Positions 38,253 through 51,432 of a DNA stretch of 64,000 nucleotides are shown here, piece by piece. How positions within the stretch are numbered: the stretch's first letter is position 1; every line of letters begins with the position of its first letter. This stretch comes from Octopus sinensis (lineage: Eukaryota). The translations under genes were made by a program, and so were the position numbers. The DNA lies in assembly GCF_006345805.1 (NCBI RefSeq), contig NC_043002.1:107570001-107634000 (forward strand), written 5' to 3'. Under the pieces are notes generated by a model. That model saw only the letters and a program-made list of their open reading frames with translations, did not search any database and was not told the DNA's origin.

Positions 38253-38370
38253 GGAGGCGCAATGGCCCAGTGGTTAGGGCAGCGGACTCGCGGTCATAGG
38301 ATCGCGGTTTCGATTCCCAGACCGGGCGTTGTGAGTGTTTATTGAGCGAAAACACCTAAAAGCTCCACGA
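38253..38370 (+). mobile_element. SINE family C, 5' portion
   Basis: Head through agctccacgag. Confidence 0.85.
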
Positions 38371-38653
38371 GCATTCTGTTCCCATTTCCTTTATATTCCT
38401 CACAATGTCTTTTGATATTGTCTCCAAGGCCCCGACAATAATTGGCACTATCTTCACCTTCTTCATCTTCCAGACTCAGGCTATCTCGTATTTAACTATT
38501 CCTGGGTCGAATGGCTATGCAACCCATATTTCCGAATGCTACTCAGCGCCCTCCTTCTCACGTTTCATACTTATTAATTAATTGGTAATTATTTCTTGGT
38601 TACATATCGATTTAAAAATGTTCATTATCGATCAGTTATTGATATATGGAAAT

Positions 38654-39036
38654 GGAAGCACTCCGTCGGTTACGACGACGAGGGTTCCGGTTGATCCGAA
38701 TCAACGGAACAGCCTGCTCGTGAAATTAACGTGTAAGTGGCTGAGCACTCCACAGATACGTGTACCCTTAACGTAGTTCTCGGGGATATTCAGCGTGACA
38801 CAGAGAGTGACAAGGCCGGCCCTTTGAAATACAGGCACAACAGAAACAGGAAGTAAGAGTGAGAGAAAGTTGTGGTGAAAGAGTACAGCAGGGATCACCA
38901 CCATCCCCTGCCAGAGCCTCGTGGAGCTTTTAGGTGTTTTCGCTCAATAAACACTCACAACGCCCGGTCTGGGAATCGAAACCGCGATCCTATGACCGCG
39001 AGTCCGCTGCCCTAACCACTGGGCCATTGCGCCTCC
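38654..39036 (-). mobile_element. SINE family C
   Basis: Near-identical to 30073-30459. Confidence 0.9.
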
Positions 39037-39539
39037 TCACACTCATTGTACACTGCCTGTAACAATTGTTCGAAGTGCTGAGGTAGTTTCTTTATTTGAG
39101 CACACAGGCTCTTACGAAGAGGGGTCAATACATGGACAGACAACACAACACAGTGGGGGTACATAAAACATATAACGAATGAAGTAATGAATTATAATGA
39201 TAAAATGAAAAATGCAATGTTTTACCTGCTCCCCATTCTTCGCAGGCAGTGTATTCAACTGTTCATTTATAACATTTAACAATGTTTTTCAAAAGTCACT
39301 ATTTAAAATTTTAAACATTTTACTTTCATTTGCATTATGTGTTCTATTCAGTCCTTAAATGCCTCCACTGGTGGTAACCCATCGTACCGAACCTGTATCG
39401 GCGATATTTCGATTTTCTCCCCAAATATCTCCTTCAACCTCTCTCCCCCTCTCTCTCTCCCTCCCCTCTCTCTCTCTCTCCCCTCTCTCTCTCTCCCCCC
39501 TCTCTCTCTCTCAAACAAAACTGCCTTGTAGCCCTCACT

Positions 39540-40260
39540 ACACTCACTCTCCGATAACTTAACTCTAATTACATGTTTCATCTTTGTAATTCTTTTCTCC
39601 ATTTCCACACTTGTTTAATAGTCCTATCATAGTCCTAATGTGTTTTCCTTTCGGTATCTCTTCCCACTTTCCATCATTAATCTCTCCTGATGTTCCTGGT
39701 ATCGGTGCCTCATCCTTCTCTGTATCTCTCTCACTCGTTGTTGTTGGTATCTCTCATCTATCTTCCTTTCTTTTCTGCACACTAATTTTCTCCTCCGTAA
39801 TAATTCCCTTTGGTATGGCGGGTCTTACACACTGAGTCTCCTATATTCTCCTATCTCTTTTTCAGCGGACTCTTGGGTGGCGAATTCACGTTTTCTTCTC
39901 TCTTCTTCTTCCTTTTTCCTACTGTATACTTTTCTCCCACATTTTCTGTATTCTTTCCGCTTGATCAAAATGCCGACGTAAAGAAGGGTCTGTAGATTCT
40001 GCATAACAAAATTGGATGACATTGTTTCTTTTTAGAACCGCTTTGTGGGATATCATCATGAAAGGGGAGGTAGATTCCCATCGTGGAAATGTGCTGCGCG
40101 GACGATTTTTAGGCCAACTTTTTAGGGTCCTTCCAACGTTGGGTAAGCAGTGCAACAGGGTAAAGATCTTTGTCAGCTCCCATTGACCCCAATTGCCAAG
40201 ACCGTTGCTCTGTACAGCTGACATGCAGTGCCCAGTGCAGTCTCTCTGTCGTCACCAAAC
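39540..40260 (-). mobile_element. Possible degenerate LINE ORF1 remnant
   Basis: RKEYRKCGRKVYSRKK may be a decayed zinc knuckle; GEINDGKWEEIPKGK resembles the post-knuckle motif of the 20-kb ORF1. Weak. Confidence 0.25.
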
Positions 40261-41154
40261 TTTAAAAATATACACACTGAAACGAGATATCCGTTCAATG
40301 AAGCTTCGTTGTCACATTAGAAGAGTGTATTCCTAGCAACCATCATCAGCGTGAAGGAGACAAATCCAGTGGTAAGGCGGGATGCGCAAGGCAACTAGTA
40401 TCTCCTTCAAGCTATTGGAAGCATCATCCGGAAACAGTCTTCAAGGCAGAAATCTCTCTCTCTATCTCTCCCTTTTTTTCTCTCTCTCAAGATGAACTAC
40501 TGTATCCCTTGTCTTCTGGATTAACCTTACATAGATTTACGGCTGAGGATGATAAATCCCAAGGTATACATCTACCAGGATCCGCATATAAACCATTACT
40601 CTGTGATCTTGTGCAGCTCCTGCGGCCACGGAGCGGCTTAACAAATATCTTCGTGAGGGAGACGCTGTCTATTTTGCCAGCCGAGATTTCCAGATTGACT
40701 CCGACTCTTGTTTCAATGCTGAAGTTGACCAGTGACCGTCAGATGTAAGCAGAGCAAGAAGACAGTAGCCTTACCTTTAACCCGCCAAATACACAGCATT
40801 TTTGCACTAGATGTGTCACACAACCCTATAAATCACACTGATCCATCCAACCAACCATACATACACATATAGGCATACATACATACATATACACATACAC
40901 ACACACTCACATACACACACATACACACACACATACACACACATATATACATACATATATACATACATACATACGTACATACATACATACATACATACAT
41001 ACATACATACATACATACATACACATATAGGCATACATTTTCACATACATACGGACATACACATATACATACATAGGTTTTCTGGCGTCGTTTTGATAGC
41101 AGGTAATTGTGTAAACTAGGTTAATCATGATAGATGGAGAAATGCGTTTTAGCA

Positions 41155-41578
<424 letters not shown>

Positions 41579-41719
41579 ATTAGTCAAAATCACCAGTTTG
41601 CCGACGTAGTGGGGAAGATAAAACAAAATGTGCGAACCAAAACCGCGCGTATACGTCGCTTCCAGAAACGTTTCCAGGTTCTTCAAAGATAACAGCAGGT
41701 TTCAAAATAATCCAAAGAA

Positions 41720-42390
41720 ATTCCCTAAGAACTACAGACCCTTGACATGCCTTAGAGCGATGTACAAAACCCTTACATCTCCCCTAATGGATCGCACATA
41801 TGCTTTTCTCATTCTCAACATCTTCCCTGATGAACAGAAAGGAATGGAACATTCAGGGATCAAATGTTAACCATCAGAAGGATTTGTGAAGTTTGCCACA
41901 ACAGCAAAAGCAACTCTCAGTGGCCTGGATAGACTACAAGAAGGCCTTTGATATTCTTTCACACAGATGGAAAACAAATGCTTGGATATGTTCAAAATTT
42001 TACCAGTAATCAGGAATTTTGTATTTCATACCATGAAGCACTGGGAAGCAACTTTAATTCTCAACACTGACACAAATCTAAACGCTGAACGAATCAATAT
42101 TAATTGTGGAATCTTTCAAGGCGACTTATTATCGCCTTTGTTATTCTGCTTAGCACTGTTTTGTTTTTTTTCTGAGTAAACTCCCCGAATGAAACAAATT
42201 ATGGATACAGGGTGAATGGAAAAACAGTTATCCATCTCCTCTGTATGGATGTTTTGAAACTGTTCGCAAAACTTGACCAACAACTGCAAGCATCTCTCCA
42301 CAGCTAAACAATTTAGCGATAGCATCAGAATGAAATTTGGGCTTGGCAAATACACCAGAGCTATATTTACCAAGGGAAAACTATCAAACA
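41720..42390 (+). mobile_element. R4/Dong-like LINE reverse-transcriptase fragment (degenerate)
   Basis: NYRPLTCL, EQKG, AWIDYKKAFD, GIFQGDLLSPLLFCLAL, HLLCMDVLKLFAK, MKFGLGK in shifting frames. Confidence 0.85.
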
Positions 42391-43319
42391 CATGCAGCAT
42401 CAGCCTAGATAGAAACCTCCATTTGTGTTTTTGATATAAAACGACAAAAATTCGTATTCCCGTTAACCAATAAAAATCTTTGATTTTATATGTGACTGTT
42501 TCACTCGGTGATTCCAAGTATTTTGGGTTCCACGTATCCTCTACATAATGGTAAAGATTACCTAGGGACTGATGTTGTAAACAGAAATCTATTAATGTCT
42601 GCCTTTATTTATTGCGCGTTTCTAAAGTAATTGTGACGTCACTGAATCTTTTAGCGATCCGTCATCAATTTCGCTGTTTACATACACGCATACATACAAT
42701 CACGCACGCACACAACACTTAAACATTTACATACACATAGATAGACATACGCACATATATTTTTCCATATGTACATAAGTACGTAAGTAATATTTACATA
42801 CATAGTATGTTCTTTTATTCTTTTACTTGTTTCAGTCATTTGACTGCGGCTATGCTGGAGCACTGCCTATTCCACATATACCAAAACAGCCATACTAATA
42901 ATCCGACATACCTCCTTCATCAGCTGCCCCACGGATATCATTATGGTTTCGACACCTGGGCAGTACCATTCAATCCGGCGGTGTCAACAGCACTAAAATA
43001 AGTGTTGTTTGGGAATAAATATACCAAAGATACCAATAAGTCAATAACCAACTCCTAAATATGTAACTAAACAGAAACCAAACACTTAAGTCATACATTC
43101 TATTCCTTACAATCTTCCATAGTATAATAGCCGAGGAGTGTATGAAACGTTTTGTACCTTCATCAGAAGTCTTGTACCATGTTTTTTTTTTTGAGGGTCA
43201 AGACTTTTCATACACCCCTCGTAAAAGCGAAAGCTTAAGAGCCACATTCATTCAATCCAAATATAGGCAGGACTAAACACTCACTTTAAAATTAAACTAC
43301 AACAAAGAATCACATATTG

Positions 43320-43466
43320 TTTCTGTCTACTAAAATCTACTCACGAGGCTTTGGTCAGCATGAGGCTATAGTAAAAGACACTTGCCCAAGGTGCCACGCA
43401 GTGGGACTGAACCCAGAATCAGGTGGTTGGGAACCAAACTTCTTACCATGCAGCCACGCCTGCACC
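43320..43466 (-). mobile_element. SINE family B, 5' half
   Basis: Head match. Confidence 0.75.
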
Positions 43467-43489
43467 TTTATATATATATATATATATGC

Positions 43490-43527
<38 letters not shown>

Positions 43528-43529
<2 letters not shown>

Positions 43530-43712
43530 CGGGAAGGTTTACGAAAATAAACAAAAGACGAAGGCAGGTGGAGTACAAACAAACAAATGTATTAGTATAG
43601 CGCTCAGGAATAGAAATAGAAAAAGTCTTTTACGTTTCGAGCCTACGCTCTTCGACAAAGATACACAGAAAAGAAACAAGGAGAGAAAAAAATGCGTGTA
43701 GAAGCTAACGAT
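43528..43712 (-). mobile_element. Solo terminal repeat (pLTR) of the 16.2-18.2 kb Penelope-like family
   Basis: acgggaag...caaaagacgaaggcaggtgga...acgtttcgagcctacgctctt matches 16221-16410; abuts (TA)n. Confidence 0.85.
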
Positions 43713-43724
43713 CTATATATATAT

Positions 43725-43763
<39 letters not shown>

Positions 43764-43933
43764 AGGGTTGCCCAAAAGTAGGTTTGCAGTTATTCAACTG
43801 ACTTTTTCGCATTTATATATTAACAGTTTAGATCTTAATTATAAAAGAAATAAGATGGAGCACCTCCACATTATGCGTTGACAGTTAGAGACTACCTTAA
43901 CCAAGCCTTTCCACAGCCTTGGTTTGGAAGATA

Positions 43934-44318
43934 ATAGTGGAAGCACTCCGTCGGTTACGACGACGAGGGTTCCAGTTGATCTGATCAACGGAACAGCCTG
44001 CTCGTGAAATTAACGTGTAAGTGGCTGAGCACTCCACAGACACGTGCACCCTTAACGTAGTTCTCGGGGATATTCAGCGTGACACAGAGAGTGACAAGGC
44101 CGGCCCCTTGAAATACAGGTACAACAGAAACAGGATATACGAGTGAGGGAAAGTTGTGGTGAAAGAGTACAGCAGGGATCACCACCATCTCTGCCGGAGC
44201 CTCGTGGAGCTTTAGGTGTTTTCGCTCAATAAACACTCACAACGCCCGGTCTGGGAATCGAAACCGCGATCCTACGACCGCGACTCCGCTGCCCTAACCA
44301 CTGGGCCATTGCGCCTCC
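43934..44318 (-). mobile_element. SINE family C with perfect 13-bp TSD
   Basis: ggtttggaagata at 43921-43933 and 44319-44331. Confidence 0.95.
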
Positions 44319-44650
44319 GGTTTGGAAGATAGGGCAGCATCGAATGGCCAACACCTTCACCTGACATCAATGGATTTCCTTTTTAGGGTGTTGTAAAGAA
44401 CAACGTTTATGAGAAGAATCCCCAAAACAGTAAATGAATTTTTAGAGATTACGTTTCTGACGCATTCATTGAAATTGATGGAGATCGGAATTTGTGCTGC
44501 ACTGTGTGTCAGAATATTTTGAAGAGGTTTGAAGAATGTTGCAATGTTGAAGGCGGACACTTTGAGCATCTGGGAGATTAAGCATTGTTTAAGATGTGTA
44601 TAAACAATATGATTGTAAGATAGAAATTTAAATGTAATATATTTCAATAT

Positions 44651-44898
44651 GTGAAGGCGCAATGGTCCAGTGGTTAGGGCAGCGGACTCGCGTTCGTAGG
44701 ATCGCGGTTTCGATTCCCAGACCGGGCGTTGTGAGTGTTTATTGAGCGAAAGCACCTAAAGCTCCACGCGGCTCCGACAGAAGGTGGTGGCGATCCCTTG
44801 GGGTGGCGTCATTTGAAGGCTAAAACAATGCGAAGCGCATTGTGACCAGCGTTGTGTAGCAAAATCTGATAGCCTGGTCGGTCACGGTAATCACGGTG
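44651..44898 (+). mobile_element. SINE with family C head and a different tail, 12-bp TSD
   Basis: atatttcaatat at 44639-44650 and 44899-44910; tail gatagcctggtcggtcacggtaatcacggtg. Confidence 0.88.
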
Positions 44899-45925
44899 AT
44901 ATTTCAATATAAAATTTTAAGTGCCTACATACTAACTGTAAACCTACTTTTGATACATAACTTTATTACAAACGTGACGTATATTTGCCATTTGAATATG
45001 GCTAACCCCTAAGGGTGGATGCTACTGTAGTTTGTAGCCCCAGGAAGACACCTCCTCCAGCTGGCTATAGACACACTTTCTGTGCTCTATCAGTATTTGT
45101 GAAGGGAAGTCATCCTTCCCGTCTTCAACTTATGATACACACGGACTCGAGTTTCAAGGTATTGACCTATCATCGGCGTGTGACAATCATAGTTGTCTAC
45201 GAGAAGTCAGTTTCCCTCACAAATACATATACTTTTTCCAGTATCGATTGACACTGATATTGAAAAAGTGAAATCAAACAATGATAAATCTCAGAGCGAG
45301 TTATAAACAGTAGCGGCAACACAAACTTTATGATGAAAAAAAGTTGGCATTTTATATACAGTCTTGTAGCGAATAATATTTTCGATGTGTGTACTGGGAA
45401 ACCTTTACACACACACACAGACACCCCACGCATACATACACAGATACACATATACATACACCCGCAAACCTCTTACGTACATACATACAAACATATATAC
45501 ATATCTACATAGATATTTATATCTACATAATAGTAGAAATAGAGATACACATACATAGATAGATGCACGCGTATATGGACACCCATAGGCATTTGTATAA
45601 ATCCATTTAACATACATACACAGAACGTTTAGTACAAAGCTTTTGATGACAACGTCTTGCCATTCATTAGTCCAGCGGACAGTATTTGTAACGTCACAAC
45701 GTATTTAGTTATCCGCCATTGTCTTTACACAAACAAACATATTTAAAGAGCTAAATATATATGTATACACAGACACACATACACATGTCTTTAGTACATA
45801 TCTTTTGATGAAAAGAAATCGACCGTATATATTTATATATTATGTGTGTGTGTGTGTGTGTATTATATATATATATAGATGAGTGTGTGTATACATAATA
45901 TATATATATATATATATTATATAGT

Positions 45926-47836
45926 TTAATAAAGAACATATGCATATATATAAACATATATGTACGTACCTACCTCTACATTCATATACACGCATATATG
46001 TGTACAGGACAACAAAAAGACGTCGAACACATAGAGAGACGAAAAACATAGACACAACCAAGGAACAAGACAAGCAAAAAAAGAATACAGGACAATAAGC
46101 ACAACGAAAAATCCCCTTCTTCAGTCGCTAAGGTTTCATCTACTAAACGTTTCGAAGGATAAAAGCGAGACGTATACTTCGAAGAAAACTTCCTTCCTGC
46201 GAAAAGCAAATCAATTAAAATTCTGAGATCTTTTCGCAGAGGGGTAAAAAAAGCAAGACGGTAACGACAGTACAAACATATAAACAGTAAAAATATATAT
46301 ATAAACAGTGGAAAAATAAATATATAACAGTGAGAGACAGGACAAGGAGAACAAGATAAGAAGGGCTGTTAACGCCAGACGAAAAAAGTATTGCAAACCT
46401 GGATTATAGTGGACGACGAGAGAGAAAGAATGTCGACCAGTAGCCTTAGAAGGCGGGCGAGAAAAGACAGGATAGCATTTACGACGGAAGTATCGTCGCA
46501 GATGGACGACGGGAATGGGGGAGGAGGAGCAAGAGGAAAGAGAGAAGAAGGGGAATGGTGCGAGGAGACCATGAAAACGGTGAGGGGGAGAGAGAGAGGA
46601 AGAGACAAGTTACGATGAGGGAAAAAAGACGAAAAGGGAATGGGAGAGAAAGAAAGATGCAGAGTCGCGTGAGAGTTAATATCAAGGCTAACTTGATAAA
46701 GAAGAACAATCTTACTTAATAGGGTGCGTGCGTTTAGTCGTATAATATGTTAATAAAATAGAACATATGCATATATATAAACATATATGTACGTACCTAC
46801 CTCTACAGGTACATATACACGCATATATGTGTACAGGACACCACAAAAAGACGTCGAACACATAGAGAGACGAAAAACATAGACACAAACCAAGAACAAG
46901 ACAAGCAAAAAAAAGAGATACAGGACAATAAGCACAACGAAAAATCCCCTTCTTCAGTCGCTAAGGTTTCATCTACTAACGTTTCGAAGGATAAAAGCGA
47001 GACGTATACTTCGAAGAAAACTTCCTTCCTGCGAAAAGCAAATCATTAAAATTCTGAGATCTTTTCGCAGAGGGGTAAAAAAAGCAAGACGGTAACGACA
47101 GTACAAACATATAAACATAAAAAATTATATATAAACAGTGGAAAAATATATATAACAGTGAGGACAGGACAGGAGAACAAGATAAGAAGGGCTGTTAACG
47201 CCAGACGAAAAAAGTATTGCAAACGCTGGATTATAGTGGACGACGAGAGAGAAAGAATGTCGACCAGTAGCCTTAGAAGGCGGGCCGAAAAGACAGGATA
47301 GCAGTTACGACGGAGTATCGTCGCAGATGGACGACGGGAATGGGGGAGGAGGAGCAAGAGGAAGAGAGAGAAGAAGGGGAATGGTGCGAGGAGACCATGA
47401 AGAACGGTGAGGGGGAGAGAGAGAGGAAGAGACAAGTTACGTGAGGAAAAAGAAACGAAAGGGAATGGGAGAGAAAGAAAGAAGATGCAGAGTCGCGTGA
47501 GAGTTAATATCAAGGCTAACTTGATAAACAGAACAATCTTACTTAATAGGGTGCGTGCGTTTAGTCGTATATATGTTAATAAAATAGAACATATGCATAT
47601 ATATAAACATATATGTACGTACCTACCTCTACATGTACATATACACGCATATATGTGTACAGGACCCAAAAAGACGTCGAACACATAGAGAGACAGAAAA
47701 ACATAGACCAAACAGGAACAAGACAAGCAAAAAAAGAGATACAGGACAATAAGCACACGAAAAATCCCCTTCTTCAGTCGCTAAGGTTTCATCTACTAAA
47801 CGTTTCGAAGGATAAAAGCGAGACGTATACTTCGAA
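45926..47836 (-). repeat. Tandem array of unclassified ~825-bp element X (~2.3 units)
   Basis: Unit starts (ttaataaa...gaacatatgc) at 45926, 46750 and 47576. Strand is inferred from the (TA)n-abutting end. Confidence 0.92.
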
Positions 47837-48006
47837 TATTGAAGAGTGTGTGTATACATATATATATGTGTGTTGTATATATGTATGTATATGTAAGTAT
47901 ATATATATATATATATATATATACGTGTGTGTGTGATTATATATATATATATATATATATAAAAGTAAATAAATGGCACAACGAACCACCGATATTTACT
48001 GGAAAA

Positions 48007-48308
48007 TTGAAGGCTAAAACAATGCGAAGCGCATTGTGACCAGCGTTATGTAGCAAAATCTGATAGCCTGGTCGGTTACGGTTATCACGGTGATAGTTCA
48101 ATATAAAATTTTAAGTGCCTACGTGATAACTGTAAACCTTACTTTTGATACATAACTTTATTACAAACTTTATGATGAAAAGAAGTTGGCATTTTATCTA
48201 CAGTCTTGTAGCGAATAATATTTTGGATGTGTGTACTGGGAAACCTTTACACACACACAGACACCCCACGCATACATACACAGATACACATATACATACA
48301 CCCGCAAA
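48007..48308 (+). repeat. Local duplicate of 44813-45468 lacking 44974-45326
   Basis: Contains the SINE tail, the transposon end and unique flank in the same order; junction at acaaac microhomology. Confidence 0.88.
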
Positions 48309-48397
48309 TGTATATATCTAGCGGTGAGATTTTCTATTCATCCAGCCGTTATTATATTTTCTAAGATACAATTCAAACAAACACTTCAAAAAGACAG

Positions 48398-48625
48398 AGA
48401 TATATTTCTTTATTGCCCACAAGGGGCTAAACATAGAGGGGACAGACAAAGGGATTAAGTCGATTACATCGACCCCAGTGCGTAACTGGTACTTAATTTA
48501 TCGACCCCGAAAGGATGAAAGGCAAAGTCGACCTCGGCGGAATTTGAACTCACAACGTAACGGCAGACGAAATGCGGCTACGCATTACGCCCGGCGTGCT
48601 AACGGTTTCTGCCAGCTCGCCGCCA
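48398..48625 (-). mobile_element. SINE family A
   Basis: Head and body match. Confidence 0.88.
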
Positions 48626-48944
48626 ATTCAAAAAAGACAGAGATAACTAAAGACAAAGTGACGTCACGGTCTTAGCTACTTTTCTCCCCATCGTCTTCTC
48701 TCCCACTCCCTACTTAAATTGAGTTTTCTCTTTCTCCGCCTAAACCTTCTCCTCTCTCGCTTTGCACCCACTCAGGCTCAGACATCGAGTTGTCTTCTGT
48801 TATAGGCTTAAATCCTTAAAATGTTTTAGCCCGAAGGCCGCGGCCATGCTGGGGCACCACCGCTGTGAATGAAAATCAGAAAACTACGCAGAAATTATAA
48901 GTTACATATAAGTACAGACCCATTTTTCTGCATTTCTATTTTTA

Positions 48945-49384
48945 CTCTTTTTTACTCTTTTTTTTTTTACTTGTTTCAGTCATTTGACTGCGGCCATGCT
49001 GGAGCACCGCCTTTAGTCGAGCAAATCGACCCCAGGACTTATTCTTTGTAAGCCAGTACTTATTCTATCGGCCTTTTTTTTTTGCCAAACCGCTATGTTA
49101 CGGGGACGTAAACACACTAGCATCGGTTGTCAAGCGATGTTGGGGGGGGGGGGGGAGACAAACACAGACACACAAACATATATACACACACACTTACATG
49201 TATACATATATATACACATATACGACGGGCTTCTTTCAGTTTCCGTCTACCAAATCCACTCACAAGGCTTTGGTCAGCCGTAGGCTATAGCAGAAGACAC
49301 TTCCCAAGGTGCCACGCAGTGGGAATGAACCCGGAACCATGTGGTCGGTAAGCAAGCTACTTATCACACAGCCACTCCTGCGCC
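48945..49384 (-). mobile_element. SINE family B
   Basis: Full match. Confidence 0.9.
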
Positions 49385-49865
49385 TGTGATCTATGTATGT
49401 ATGTATGTATGTATGTATGTATGTATGTATGTATGTATGTATGTATGTATGTATGTATTATTTATTTATTTATGTATGTATGTATGTATGTATGTATATA
49501 TCTATCTATCTATCTAGATAGATAGATAGATAAATAGATAGATAGTGAGTGAGTGAGAGAGTAAAAGGGAAGAAAGGGAGAGAGAAAGGTTGAGAGAAGA
49601 AGAAGAGAGAGAGAGAGCGAGTGGTGGATAGAGAGCTTTATCGTTGTATTGTGTTCTGTATTGATATAAGTAATAGCTGTTATGTCACTCTATTGAAGCC
49701 ATTATGTCTTTCACAATTGGACGGGTTAATAGAATATTTATATCTTTCTCAGTCTTTGCTGTTGATGTTTACTTAAATGGCTACTTTGAAACGAAAACAT
49801 CTCTTCACAAGTCGACATATATCTATTATATGTCCTCCAGCTTGTACTCTCTAAATTTCTCTCAA

Positions 49866-50225
49866 ATACATTAGTTCGTTCGTCGTTGTCGACGATGACT
49901 AAGGGCATCGCATGGGAGGAGAAGACTGAACCCGGTGTGCCCGACTATGGCCAGTCAGTCCAATTGGCGTGCTCTGAAGGCTCTGCCGCAGGGCCCGGGT
50001 ACTGATGGTCGGTTGGGATTGAAAGCAAGGAGCTTGGCTCTGGACTTGCGCAGTTCACATTTCCTTTGTTGTACTCTTGCAATCCTGTTTTGTTCGTCGG
50101 AGGTGGCGCCTATGTTAGCGCAGCTTCGCCCGACAGAATGGTCTTGTACTTTTGAGCTTTGTGCTTTTGTGCTTAGAAACATCAGTGCGGTGCCCTGTTG
50201 GTTACTGGTAATAAAGTCACATGAA
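49866..50225 (-). mobile_element. RTE (BovB-like) LINE 3' end
   Basis: RSCANIGATSDEQNRIARVQQRKCELRKSRA...GPCGRAFRAR, then frameshift to IGLTGHSRAH; short (ACGA)n tail. Confidence 0.75.
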
Positions 50226-50238
50226 AAATTAATTTATG

Positions 50239-50514
50239 GGATCCGGACAACCCCTCCCCACGACAAAATCCTCTCCCCCCTTTCCCCGGACAAAACCCCT
50301 GTGACTTTTTTCCTGTGACTTTATTACGGTGACTTTTTTTCCTGAGATTTTATTACCGTGACTTTTTTCTGTGACTTTATTACCGTGACTTTTTTCTGTG
50401 ACTTTATTACCGTGACTGTTTTCTGTGACTTTATTACCGTGACTTTTTTCCTGTGACTTTATTACCGTGACTTTTTTCCTGACTTTTTAACCTGCGACTT
50501 TTTTGCCTGGATTC
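50239..50514. mobile_element. Possible MULE-like MITE with internal ~28-bp tandem repeats
   Basis: Ends ggatccggacaa / ttgcctggattc; about six units of gtgacttttttcctgtgactttattacc. Confidence 0.45.
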
Positions 50515-50934
50515 GTCCTGTATAGATGACCATCCATAGGCATCTGTAGCATTGCTTGTCTGATTTCAGAAAAATAGCTCAATGTCAAAGAAGTTGTAAG
50601 AGTCGGGTTGTATTTTTTTCTTGTTTAAAATCAAAGAAGAACATTTACTTTAATAACCTTTATCGTTATATCTTCTAACAGTGTTGTAACTTCATTCAAA
50701 GCTCTTCCTTAAATATTCTGGCTTGTCTTCAGCTCGTCCGCAAAGAAGCCAGAGGCCAGCTTAGAAAAGTGAAAATATTTCATCATGTCAAAACTAAGTC
50801 ATTCAGTCTTTTTCTTTTGATCTTCTTCCGAAAGACCGGGGAATTATCTTCAAGAATATAATTCAGTCTTTCTCAAAGTGACTTCCGACGAACTCGAAGG
50901 CTTCGTGACAAACATCTGGGGACTCTATGTGGTG

Positions 50935-50967
50935 TATGTACAGACAGACATACATACGTACATACAT

Positions 50968-51024
<57 letters not shown>

Positions 51025-51150
51025 GACACAAACACACACACACACAAACGTATATACGACAGGTTTCTTTCAGTTTCCGGATGCCAAATCCACTCACAAG
51101 GCATTGGTCGGCTCGAGTCTAGAGTAGAAGGCACTTGCCCACGGTGCCGC
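50935..51150 (-). mobile_element. SINE family B, partial, with (CAGA)n/(CATA)n in the internal SSR position
   Basis: ctttcagtttccg...aaatccactcacaaggcattggtcgg match. Confidence 0.75.
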
Positions 51151-51432
51151 TGAGGACGGGTGATGACTGGGAATGGAGACGAAGCAATCGAGGAAGGGCG
51201 AAAAAGATCCATTTCTTGGATTTTTAGAGTAAATAAGGGTGTGGGTGTGTGTGAAGGAAGGAGAGAAAGAGAGAAGAGAGAGAAGAGAGAGAGAGAGAGC
51301 ATTAGAAACAGCAGTAATAGTAACGATTCAAAGACCTAAGACTCGGGACGTTGAAAGCCGAATCGAACTCAAAACATAAAGGGTTGTCTTTAAATACCAC
51401 AGTTCATCTTATCCGACGCTCTCCCGATTCTT

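Larger units (their letters stand above)
43763..44965 (+). mobile_element. Internally deleted Tc1/mariner, DD41D (rosa-like), carrying two SINE insertions
   Basis: TIR-like ends cagggttgcccaaaagtaggtttgcagtt / aactgtaaacctacttttgatac; DGAPPHYALTVRDYLN...WFGR...WPTPSPD. The spacing of 41 is inferred after restoring a small deletion. Confidence 0.75.

Noticed and set aside
40260-40800. Possible RT fragment on the minus strand
   Set aside because: Only a YLG-like word was found; insufficient to call.
46115-46165. Canonical type II hammerhead in element X
   Set aside because: Core words are present but stems I and III do not pair, and the best pairing (ccttc/gaagg) would sequester G8-A9. Kept only as a weaker hypothesis in the findings.
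50300-50500. Regular ~28-bp repeats as a CRISPR array
   Set aside because: Repeats are contiguous with no unique spacers, there are no cas genes, and the context is eukaryotic.
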